From Flectonema sp. DT1601 (taxonomy: Eukaryota): 64,000 bases of DNA. The notes under the pieces are model-generated. The model saw nothing but the letters and a program-made list of their open reading frames with translations. It ran no database searches and was not told the origin of the DNA. The translations under genes were made by a program, and so were the position numbers. Location: the NCBI GenBank assembly GCA_964019425.1, contig OZ025792.1:930001-994000 (forward strand). The letters are read 5' to 3'. This document shows, piece after piece, positions 11,258 to 21,711 of the stretch; the first letter of the stretch is position 1, and every line of letters starts with the position of its first letter.

Positions 11258-13141
11258 TTATGTTGTCTGGTCAGCAGCATTAAGACGAGGAGATGTACTC
11301 ACAGGACTTTTCAAGGCGGGTTTTAAATTGCCGCCTGCCGGTTGTGAAGTGTTAGGTCTCCGAAGTAAGAATCTTGACTGCGGCATGCGACGTTTGAGAG
11401 AAGAATTATCTTCGTGTTTGAAGACTGGGTTGAGGATTGCTTCGACGACAGAAGATTGTTGTTTTTTTAGTTTCAGAAGAGGGCTTTTTGATTTGTCAAG
11501 GCGACCGAGTGCTACAAGGGTACTGCTGTACCTCTGAGCAAATGATTTTAATCGAAGCTGGCTGTGGATGGATTGACGGCCCTGCTCGTTACGAAGTCCA
11601 ACAACACCGTCTGACATCAAGTCAGGGATATCAAAACCTAACTGTGCTATTCCTGGTCCTTTTGATTGAGCTGGTTGTGCTGACAGAGACACCATCGCAT
11701 TCCAGTTGTCATTTCGCATTGTTCGCAATCCGTCTAACTTCTCATTTAGTCGATCTAATCTTCTTCTGTCATTTTCAATCATTTTATCAATTCCTCTTTT
11801 AATTGCTTTTGGAGGGGCGTACTCACTCGGTTCGTACTTACTACTTACCATTAAAGAGCTACTGGCTATTAACTTAACCTGAGAAATGTTTGTTTCTTCA
11901 ATAATACCTCTGGGTGTTGGGGAGTGTTTGGTATCTAGAGCGCGGAGTCGGTCGCAAATCTTCTGCAGGTCAGCGATGTCGATGTTTGAATCACCGCCGG
12001 ATAAAAACTTCTCAAGAGCAGAAAAGACTTCTTCAATATTTTGCGAATCAAATTCAACTTTTGAAATTTTTTCAGAGTTTTTTATTGCTTGTTCTCTCAA
12101 CCGAATCTCACTATTGGTAGCTCTCAGTATGGATTCTTCTCTTTCGGAATTTGCGATAGAAATCTCTGATGACAGCGCTTGATTTCTTACTTTTTCATCT
12201 TTATATGAAGACAGTAATTCTTTTATACCAATAGAGAGGGTTATCAGTCCGAGTGATCCGCGGTATACACCAACCTCGTTGTTCATTAAATCACTTTTTA
12301 GGAAATCAATTTTTAAATCTTTTAATCGTAAATAATCTTCTTCTGGTGACGGATCACTTTCTTCTTTATTTGCGATGCAATCTGACTGTAGTTTTTCTAA
12401 TTGTGATGAAGTGTCCTTCCACAGTCTTGGTAATTTTTCGTGGGGTAAGTTTCCAATAACGTCCTTAAGAGAATTGTTGGTATCAGAAAGGAACTTAAAC
12501 ACAGTTTTTGACAATACTTGCAGTCTTTTGAGGGGCGGTGTTGATGCGGCTTTTGCCTGTTGTAATCTTTCAACAATAGATGCAGTGGCATCTTCCATCA
12601 TTGAATACGTGTCTTTACAAAAACAAGCAAACTCACTAGAAACTAAATATTGATATGTTCTTAACTTTGCAACCTGCTTAAGAGTCTGTCGTAACGAAGC
12701 TAATGGAACACTGTGTATGACCATGTCGTCGTATTTTAATTTCCAATTTTGAATTTCATCTCGTAAAGTCTGTTCTTTATTATCTTGTTGTCTACTTAGG
12801 TTTAGCTCGTATTGATTTTCAAGAATCATAGCTAGTTGTTGTGCTGCGTCTTTGCCTGTTTTTAAATTGTTTGTTGGACATTCTATCGAACGAAGAATCC
12901 TTTTGATGTCTCCTAGAGTTAGTTGTTTTACTTTGTTAATATCAAAATCAGCAAGAGGCCAGTAACTCCATGAAGCGTTACCAGGGAACTCTTGAATGTG
13001 ATTATCACCTATTCCCTGAAAACTTCTAAAAGGGTTATCCCACAAATAAGAATCATTCCATAGGACTTTTGTTAGTTCATCTGCTTGTGGAGCATCTTTG
13101 CGTCGTGCTTGTTCCCAAGTCTCAAATTCCATGTCCTTCAT
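11258..13141 (-). CDS. Hypothetical coiled-coil protein
   Basis: Long open frame (first ATG at 13141, preceded by aaacag-c) with heptad-rich E/K/L/Q segments. No family recognised. Confidence 0.7.
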   Translation of the reverse strand: MKDMEFETWEQARRKDAPQADELTKVLWNDSYLWDNPFRSFQGIGDNHIQEFPGNASWSYWPLADFDINKVKQLTLGDIKRILRSIECPTNNLKTGKDAAQQLAMILENQYELNLSRQQDNKEQTLRDEIQNWKLKYDDMVIHSVPLASLRQTLKQVAKLRTYQYLVSSEFACFCKDTYSMMEDATASIVERLQQAKAASTPPLKRLQVLSKTVFKFLSDTNNSLKDVIGNLPHEKLPRLWKDTSSQLEKLQSDCIANKEESDPSPEEDYLRLKDLKIDFLKSDLMNNEVGVYRGSLGLITLSIGIKELLSSYKDEKVRNQALSSEISIANSEREESILRATNSEIRLREQAIKNSEKISKVEFDSQNIEEVFSALEKFLSGGDSNIDIADLQKICDRLRALDTKHSPTPRGIIEETNISQVKLIASSSLMVSSKYEPSEYAPPKAIKRGIDKMIENDRRRLDRLNEKLDGLRTMRNDNWNAMVSLSAQPAQSKGPGIAQLGFDIPDLMSDGVVGLRNEQGRQSIHSQLRLKSFAQRYSSTLVALGRLDKSKSPLLKLKKQQSSVVEAILNPVFKHEDNSSLKRRMPQSRFLLRRPNTSQPAGGNLKPALKSPVSTSPRLNAADQTT

Positions 13142-13726
13142 GCTGTTTAATAACAAATATAATTTATTTTTTTTAATTAATTTTTATAAAAGATTATTCA
13201 TACAGACTACTCGAATCGGTTAGAGAATAGGATTAAACAATTTTACAATAATTGACTAAAGCACTTCAACGCTTCGCATATGTTGAACGGCAGTGCGAGT
13301 TCTTTCTAAGCGTGTAGAGTACTTTTTTAAGGGAAGGGGAAAGGGATTTGAGGATTTTTTTTTTTTTTTTTTTTTTTTTTTCCAAAACGACTCTTAAACA
13401 AAAATACTGTCCAAGGGCTGAATGAAATACAACTGACATCAGTCACAAAATTAAAAAAAAAAAAAAAAAAGGACAAGTTTTCTTTCAAAAAGGCAAGTCC
13501 ACCAAGCCCTGACGTACGATAGAATATAAGTATTAACAATAAACTATCAAACCTGCGTAAGAGTCCGAGGTATCAGAATCAAAAAAGGCTGGTAGGGATC
13601 TACTTCAATATCAAGGTTTTCACTAATAATAGTGTTGTTGTCGTTGACAGCTGTTATTTCAAACGAAACAAAAAATGTTGCTTTTTTTTATTTTAGTTAG
13701 TAAGTCTATTTAGTCTACTGAAATTA

Positions 13727-16267
13727 TTATAATCCTTTTATTAGCTGGGGAGGGACGGTATTCCATCCGGAGTTGTCTTCCCATTCTATGGCACACGATC
13801 CATCACTGTTTACGTGAGTTATGATTGCTGGAAACCATCCCTCGTATCCCCACATCACACTAACGCGTTGACCAAAACAAAAGGGACCAGAGACGGGTGG
13901 ATCACTACTCACAGAGAGATCACTTTCTGGGAGTGTACATCTACTTCCGTCTTCAAAGACAACTTGATATTGTTGATTTACTTCTTTAGCAACAACACGT
14001 GTCGACCAAAATTCGCCTCCCCAATTAGCTTGAACCATCTGCCCAAGCCGATAAGTATGAACTTCTTGACTAACATTACCGACTACTGCAACAGGACTTA
14101 TTTGATCACCGTGATCAATACTAAGAATTCTATTCTGACGAGGAGATGCTACAGAAGTAATATTTGAAGGTCCTGGTGGGAGGTCCGGTCCACCCTCAGT
14201 CCACAAGACGTGAAGTAGAAGACCAGCTTGTGTTTGTTTCATATCACAATCCCACATTGCAACAGATCTGTATCCAGGTGATATACAACTACAGGGAATA
14301 ATAACTTCACTTAATAAGCTTCCACTATCATCATTTACTTGAATTATAAGTGAGGCCATTTCGACGCTTCGGAGTGTGAATTCTGATCGTTCTTTCCAAA
14401 CCGGATTGAAGCCATTGTTGCGGACTGTGCTGGTTGCCATCTCTTGGCCGTCGTCGCCTGGGATGCCAGAAACTCGAATGTGGACACTTGGGTCTACTAC
14501 TTCACCTTTCTCTCTGTTTCCAGGTTTCGGAATCATCCATCCCCTCATGATACCAATTGAGAGTTTCGATAATCGATTTCCCCAACTCATGTTATCAGAT
14601 CGAAGTGCTAAAGGTTTTAGTAAATACCCACTTCCGTTATTATCTTGAAATTTACCCAAATAATGACGAAGTTCACCGCTGTCAGTAGTCTGATAATTCA
14701 ACGCAACAAGTTGACATCCCAAATTCCATGCCTGCTGCGGATTATAATTAGAAGATGTAATACGAGTCCCCTTTGGGTATACTCTGGTAAACATTCTGTT
14801 GTTTAATTCGACTAATTGATCCGGTGATGATTGAGCGAAGTCTTCTATACGTCCTTCAGGCATGCTTGTTACATTATAGCCTTTGCATGTGTTTTTAGAT
14901 TGCTGTGGATCTTTTACTTTTATTGATGTCATAAATACGAGTTGTGATAACTCGTCATGAACTGTTTGTTTTGTTTTATGCTTTTTTTCATTTTTACGTT
15001 TTGCTACAATTTCTTCATGTTTTTCATCGTCAGAGCTGCTGTCATCATCTTGTTTGTCGTAGTCAGGTTGAGTAGAGTTGTTAATTTTCCCTTTTACTAA
15101 GATTTTTCTTCTCAACATCTCAGGAGTAAAAATCCTTGTCGGATCATTATACACAGCTGCGTGAATAGCATCACCAAACTGTTGCTTCATGATTCGTGCC
15201 ATTCTCTGTTGTTGTGGAAGAGAAGTATGAACTTCTAACGAGAGTATCAACGGATAAGGCGATCTCGCAAAGGCATATTTATTTATAGTTTTAATTACAT
15301 CAGCGAATGAGATCTTTGATGTGTTAGTCCATCCATGATATACAATTGGTTCTCCATTTGGACCATCCCAGCAGTCAATTTCTAAACAGCGACATCCCCA
15401 ATTAAGAGCACTTTTATACATCTCCTCAGAAGACTTTCCGTGTAACTGATGACCAGTTAAATATGTATTGTGAGATGATGCAATGAAATAGTGATGTAGA
15501 GGTTGATTCATGTCGTGATGTATCGAAGAGATTTTAGTCGAATTCAAGAGAGAGTTGCTAGTAGTACTCAACATGTAGCGGATAAAGTTTCTCAAGGGGA
15601 GAACACGTTGCCCAAATTCATGAACAAAAAAAGTATTAAGAAGTGTTTCGCTACAATGATCATACTGCTCTGTTTCAACAAAACGATGAAACTCTGCTTC
15701 AGACATGCAACCTTTTGTTGTGTACCTTCTAAACATTCCTTCTAATTCCGGGTAATCTTCAATACTGCGTAGTAGTGAGCGAAACTCTATGAATGAAAGT
15801 CCCTTTTTCCCATCTGTGTCGTAGGTTGCCATAAGTGATTCTATTCTATCAAGACCAGGTAAGTTTAACTCTTTGAACATCGATTGCAGTTCTTTCTTTG
15901 AAATATTTGAGGACCCATCTTGATCGGCTCTCAGCCAACATGATAGAGCATGGATTTCTGTTTGACTCTCACTTTGTGATTCCTCAGCGACACTTGGCTC
16001 AATATTCGCCATGAATGCTCCAATTTCTAAACCTTCTGAAGCAGTCTTACAAGTTTTACAAACTTCATCCCATCCGAGGTCAGGAAATAATTGTTTCACT
16101 GCTTTGACTACCGAAATACTTGCGCTTTCCATCTTCTGCTTTCTAACTACCGGATTGTGTTCTCCATTTTCTACTTCCGTATTCAATTCACGTATCAAAC
16201 TCTTTAGTGCTGGGAGATCCTTCTTTTCATTATACTCGCGAGTTCCACCAGAGCAACAGGCTCCCAT
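13727..16267 (-). CDS. PLC: Phosphoinositide-specific phospholipase C (EF-hand, X, Y, C2) with two C-terminal Tudor-like domains
   Basis: X box HDMNQPLHHYFIASSHNTYLTGHQL, GCRCLEIDCWDG, VYHGWT, PYPLILSLEVH. Y box TRVYPKGTRITSSNYNPQQAWNLGCQLVALNYQT. C2 segment NNGFNPVW. The likely start is MGACCSGG (ATG at 16267), because the ORF-track start is a TTG. Confidence 0.95.
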   Translation of the reverse strand: MGACCSGGTREYNEKKDLPALKSLIRELNTEVENGEHNPVVRKQKMESASISVVKAVKQLFPDLGWDEVCKTCKTASEGLEIGAFMANIEPSVAEESQSESQTEIHALSCWLRADQDGSSNISKKELQSMFKELNLPGLDRIESLMATYDTDGKKGLSFIEFRSLLRSIEDYPELEGMFRRYTTKGCMSEAEFHRFVETEQYDHCSETLLNTFFVHEFGQRVLPLRNFIRYMLSTTSNSLLNSTKISSIHHDMNQPLHHYFIASSHNTYLTGHQLHGKSSEEMYKSALNWGCRCLEIDCWDGPNGEPIVYHGWTNTSKISFADVIKTINKYAFARSPYPLILSLEVHTSLPQQQRMARIMKQQFGDAIHAAVYNDPTRIFTPEMLRRKILVKGKINNSTQPDYDKQDDDSSSDDEKHEEIVAKRKNEKKHKTKQTVHDELSQLVFMTSIKVKDPQQSKNTCKGYNVTSMPEGRIEDFAQSSPDQLVELNNRMFTRVYPKGTRITSSNYNPQQAWNLGCQLVALNYQTTDSGELRHYLGKFQDNNGSGYLLKPLALRSDNMSWGNRLSKLSIGIMRGWMIPKPGNREKGEVVDPSVHIRVSGIPGDDGQEMATSTVRNNGFNPVWKERSEFTLRSVEMASLIIQVNDDSGSLLSEVIIPCSCISPGYRSVAMWDCDMKQTQAGLLLHVLWTEGGPDLPPGPSNITSVASPRQNRILSIDHGDQISPVAVVGNVSQEVHTYRLGQMVQANWGGEFWSTRVVAKEVNQQYQVVFEDGSRCTLPESDLSVSSDPPVSGPFCFGQRVSVMWGYEGWFPAIITHVNSDGSCAIEWEDNSGWNTVPPQLIKGL

Positions 16268-18333
16268 CTGTGAGGGGGTCCCCCAAAGTGCTGAGAAAAA
16301 CAATATAACAGTGAGACTCAATTAATTCATTCTGGTAGAAGGTTTACTTGTGTGACATTTTTATTGCATTTAAATTACATTTTATTTTATCTGTTTAAAC
16401 AAAATACATATCACAATCAGGTGCAATGCAAACATAAAAGTTGAATCGGACTATGTTCAGTTTCTCTTTGTTCTTTTTTTCTTTTTTCTTTTTCCATTCA
16501 TCGTTTTTTTTCATAATTAGTACCACCAGTTGGTTATTTTTAAGATCTTGTCTTGTTTTCACATTAACTTTGAGAATCTAACTACCAACTCGTCAATTCA
16601 TTTCCCCGACTCTCTCTCTCTATTTAAAATCACTACAGTAATTAGAACTTCAGTCACTCTTTCTATAGCACACGTTATCGAGTTGTTCGAAGTCAATACA
16701 GGAAATGTGCTCACAGACTTTGTTACTTTTTCTCAAAGGAAAGGTTTATTAAACCCTGAAGAGTGAAGAGAAAACAGTTTGACTGCATAAATTAATTAAT
16801 GCAGCTCTCATTCGGAAAGAAAAAAAAAATAAAACCAACAGTTCAGAGACGAATTAACAATACGACAATTTTACATTAAAGATTTTGTCGTTAATTTTTC
16901 TCCTCCTTTCGTTTCTTTTGTTCTAGAGTGGGGTGGAGGAAGGTACTGTATGATAGATTACCCACGGGAGTGTCAATGCGGCGAATCATCCTCAGCCAGG
17001 AGTGAAAAAGGGATTAAAAATACACTTAATCAAGGTTCTGCTGTTTCACTACTAACCGAGGTTAGAACAGAAATATTGAACAGTAGTTCACTTGCAACGT
17101 ATTTGGAATTTAAAGAGGAGATTTGAAAACTTCCAAAGCAAACAAACAGTTCAGCAATTTAGTATATTTGGGAAACAAAAAAAAATATCATAATTTTTTT
17201 TATCTGAAGAAAGTATTTTTTTCGGTGTGTCGAAAGGTCAAAAGGGGCGATGGAAGAGAATATCAAATGAAAACTAAAAACGAAAACGATTAAAAAAAAA
17301 AAAAAAAAGGGATAGATTTTATTTTATTTGCAAAAGAGAAAGACGACTACGATTGCAATTACTTTATTAATTATCTTAGTTTGTTTAATGTCAAGTGTAG
17401 CAGAATAAGCTTTATCGGGTAATAAAAAATCGCAAACAACTTAACAAACACAAACTAAACAAGTATTACTATTAATCAAAGTATCTAAACGAACTGGGAG
17501 AAGACCAATTTTGTAAATTGCACCTTTTATTGTAAAAGGTTCTTAGAAAAAATAATGCTAACGTAGGCATACGATATTTAATCAAGGTGTGCCTGAAAAC
17601 GCTGGAAAAAAAAAAAAAAAAAAAAAAAACAGAAATCTCAAATCATAATTGACTTGAGCATGGACGCCAATCCTGGTTGGATCTTATTTTTACACGCGCC
17701 GTTTCTTTTTAGAGCGCAGGAAGCTTTACTAAGCCTGGGAAAGGTTAATACAGTAATATGCAACCTGCGCTAGAGACCTTGTCATTCAGCCCCAATTCTG
17801 CGGTGTTGTGGAGCCACGTAATTGACCTCTTACACCATAGTAGAAACAAAATAGTAACAAATAAATTAAAAAAAAAAAATTTCAAAAAAAAAAAAAAAAA
17901 AATCATCGATTTAAGGATAACAGTAGGACACAGAAAGGAATAGTAGGAATCGCAGTTTCTTATTATTTTTTATTATTATTATTTTTTTTTTCTCCCCCCT
18001 CCCCTATCCCCCTTGTGAAATAAAATAAAACAATACCTGGGGGTTAGCTTTTTTTATTGAAAATTCATCTGAAGAGGAGATATACACTCCAACAATTATT
18101 TTTTAATCACACACAAAATAACACATAATAAGTTAAAAAGGTTTCAGGCAAAACAAAAAGAACATCTAGCAAGTACAACACACGTTGATAAGTTCACCAA
18201 TGGAATATATCGAAAATTAAATACCCGCAATTGAATATTTTTATTTTTTGAAATGATTCAAATTTCATTTCCTTTTTTTTTAAAAAAAATTTTTTTTTTT
18301 ACTTGTTTGTTGTGTGAAAAACTATACAAACAG

Positions 18334-18451
18334 TTATTTATTTAATTATTTACGAAGCCTAGGAGCCAAAAGCCAGGATGTGCTCAACAGGGTAACAGTT
18401 ATATCGCTACCAGCAACCGTGAGACTCTCACAGACGTAGAATAACCTGAAA
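18334..18451. repeat. Short dispersed repeat family A, copy 1
   Basis: Matches 51975-52098: tacgaagcctagga...aacagttatatcgctaccagcaac.gtgagactctcacagacg...gaataacctgaaa. Confidence 0.88.
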
Positions 18452-18721
18452 AGTTACTAACCGTTTTAAAATTAGTGTTTTAAGTTAGTTAGCAAAAGTT
18501 TTAAAATTAAACATTACTAGGTAAGATATAAAAAAAAAAAAAAAAAAAACAATTAACTAGAAATTTTTTTTTTTGCTTCGACTTCATCGGTGTAAAAAAA
18601 AAAAAAACTTAACAGGCCCAGCGTCAGGGGAAAACGAAACAAGGAATTTCAGATATTTCCATGCAAAACACAGTAATTGACAGCCAGGAAGGGAAGAGAA
18701 AGGCGGGAAAGATTCATTCCC

Positions 18722-18753
<32 letters not shown>

Positions 18754-19900
18754 TATGATAAAGTTCGCTAATTCAAATTTAAATTATTTTTTTAGAATAA
18801 AAATAAAAAATTGTTCGGTTATGCTGACCAACAGATTCACTGTATTTTCAGTTATTTTTACAAAAAGCATTAGGGTTGGGGAAATTAGTGTAGGACCTTG
18901 TCAAGAAGCCTTACTCTACAAACAGTCTACTGGTCAGAAGGAGGACTTCTTTAAAATAAAGCGTTTCATTTAAAGTAATCTTAGTAACGCCATGTTAGTT
19001 GAGATTTACTTTGAATAGCGTTAGCTCCAGAGTATTTCATGATTACAGATCAGTTCTGTAAAACAGTTCAAATAAAACTACAAAGCGGGACACGCTAGTC
19101 CCTTCTCTTTCTGTTTTTAAATAAAGAAAACAGTAACAAAGGAGATCAGGAAAAGAGAAAAAACTATGTCCCCAAAACGTACTACCATTTCACACCTTTT
19201 AAGAACAAACTAATGGTTCCCTGACGGGATCAGATTAAGGTAAAATGCACACCTGGAGCAGACGCCTTTTATAGACGCACAACAAAATGGGAGACAGGAA
19301 GGAGAACGATGAGACAAAACGAAACGAAACTTTAAAAAAAATGATAGAAGTAGAAAGGCATAATTTGCCATTTCCCCCTCAATGAAGCAATGCTTGATAC
19401 TCAGTAGTCGCAGTTCTGTAATATTCTGCGTGCTCTATCGCACACAGAGTACGCCACAGTACAAATCTCTATTTAAGTTTTCTTCCTCAAGACTCCGGAG
19501 AGCCACTTCATAACAAACTAAGAACTATAAGGGCAAGACAAGGAGCAAACCTCACAAAGTCTACTACAACAGTCGCCAAACGGCTATCTCATAGCAAGCA
19601 TGCATGACGACACCGAGCTAAGCAAAGCCTTTTTATTTGGGGCGAGTTTAACTGACACGGATATGATAGAATTTAGTACCGTTTTCAGAAAAAAAATTTA
19701 GTGGAACTGGAAGAAAACAAAATGGGAACATGACCAATGAAAAAAAAAAAGGGGGGGGGAAAGGAAAAACACGGATAAATACCTCTGAAAGGTTCATTGG
19801 CACCGTTCTTTTTTGTTGGTACTTTGTTCGATACGAAGTTCAAGGTTTACTACAGCTGCTGGGCAATGTTTATAAAGCTATTACAACTTTATTTTAATCA

Positions 19901-20575
19901 CTACGTCCTCTTTATACTGCTAGAAGGATAGACCTTAGTAGGAAGGTCAGTGTATGTATCATGAGAGGTAACGGTTAACATTGGCGCGAATGACAGATTA
20001 GGAGCTGTAGTATCGGTTCGTGGTGAAGCATTGGAAGATCCGTCCACAGAAGATGTTCCCTTTTGAAGACCATCTTCAGTGTAGTTGGATCGATCTCTTC
20101 CCATATTCGTAATCCAATTTATAATAAAAGGAAGTATTAATATTGTGTACGTGAGTAGGGCTGCCATCAATAACACTGAAACAGAAGAATCCGTCTCAGC
20201 ACACTTATACACAACTGGAGTTGGGATTTCCAGTGACTTCCAATCATTTCTTTTACAGATGAAGACGACCTCGGTATTTGCTGTTTCTACGAGACCGATT
20301 TCTTCAAAATATAATTTCCCATTCGTAACTCTGCATCCTTTATAACCTAAGGTGCTGTTACTATCAACCGACGCGGTATCTGGAAGACCAAGATACGCAG
20401 CCCCCTGCTCACATTGCTTCTTTCCGTCATTTCCCGTACCTGAAATGTGTTGAAACCCTGCTGGACACTCATACTTATATTTGATGTAAAGGCTTCCATC
20501 ACTCGGTGCTACTGCCATTGCTGATCCCAAACAAGACAGTAAGACTGCACAAGCAACAATTTTATTACCAAACAT
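19901..20575 (-). CDS. Type I membrane protein with small Cys-containing ectodomain
   Basis: 224 aa: signal peptide, segment CPAGF...CEQGAAYLGL...GCR...LYF...IC, one TM helix (VLLMAALLTYTILILPFII) and a Ser/Thr-rich tail. Confidence 0.75.
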   Translation of the reverse strand: MFGNKIVACAVLLSCLGSAMAVAPSDGSLYIKYKYECPAGFQHISGTGNDGKKQCEQGAAYLGLPDTASVDSNSTLGYKGCRVTNGKLYFEEIGLVETANTEVVFICKRNDWKSLEIPTPVVYKCAETDSSVSVLLMAALLTYTILILPFIINWITNMGRDRSNYTEDGLQKGTSSVDGSSNASPRTDTTAPNLSFAPMLTVTSHDTYTDLPTKVYPSSSIKRT

Positions 20576-21457
20576 GTTTTTATTGAAGCCACCTATTTTT
20601 GACGTTGTTAAAAGTGTATGTGAGAATTTATATCAAACATTACAACTCGATTTCAATAGTGAGAAGTATCCATCTTTATTATATTCTGCTGAATTAATAA
20701 CATTATCAAAACACTTTCTACCACTACCTCAATTGAACCTCCAGTAGTAATAGAACGACATGTGCAATGAGATTAAAAAGAAATAATAATGAAAAAACAA
20801 AGTGGAACGGTTGGGAAAGACAGGAAAGGAAAGAAGATAGGGGGGGGGGAATGACGAAATAACTGACACGAGGCTTTTTGCACGATCAAAAACAATGCTT
20901 GTACCTACTTAACGTAACAACGAACCAACAGAAAAAGCATTAGAAGTGGGAAGGGCGAGAGAAAAGGAAAACAACACTCGTTGCTAAAGAGGAAAAGATA
21001 GCGGGAAGTAGGCTCGTATCTCTCGCGGTGCACATGGTTTTGTTTCAAAGATGACTCCGAGTAAGTATCAACAGAAAGATTTTTTTTTTTTCATTGCGAA
21101 ATCGCTTATCCAAACTACACAAAACAAATAACTCAACACTCGGAGGGGAAATCTGATTCGCGGAATACTTTTTTCTGAAAAGACGACAAACAAAACTACT
21201 GGGCACGTGAAGTCGCTAATTTCTGACGCACTACATACAAACGAAAACCGTTGCATTGGCAGAACGTAACTGTCTGTTCTCAAAAAGTAAAACCAAAACA
21301 GAAATGTCAGTCCCAAAGAAAATGTTTCCTAAACAGAGGAGGATAGGATCCTCTGTGAAAAGTAATATCTCACAACATAAGGTACTCAAGTGAAAACACA
21401 CTCAGTTGAAAAAAAAAAAAAAGGTTCAGAATCCGCATTTTCCCTCTTCTTTTTTTC

Positions 21458-21515
21458 TTTGTACCGACGTAGCTGCCTTCAACGAAATATAAGGCTAATC
21501 TGAATGGTTTTTTTT
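21458..21515. repeat. Short dispersed repeat family B, short form
   Basis: tttgtaccgacgtag is joined almost directly to ttcaacgaaatataagg.taatctgaatggtttttt. In 55851-55987 these two blocks are about 80 bp apart. Confidence 0.8.
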
Positions 21516-21675
21516 TCTTCTGGAAATAGCGCACATACCTCGTATGGTATCCAGTAGTAGGCACGCAGATATTCATCTGCAATGTTACTTCTAAAATTTA
21601 TTAGGTCAAAAAAATCATCATTTTAATATTTATTTATCTATCCAAGTCAGTCAAAACTCATTCTCAGTCACAATG

Positions 21676-21711
<36 letters not shown>

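Noticed and set aside
13204..13320. Possible upstream coding exon for the 11258-13141 gene via a 61-bp GT-AG intron
   Set aside because: The joined frame meets a TAA eight codons upstream with no ATG, so it is at most 5' UTR.
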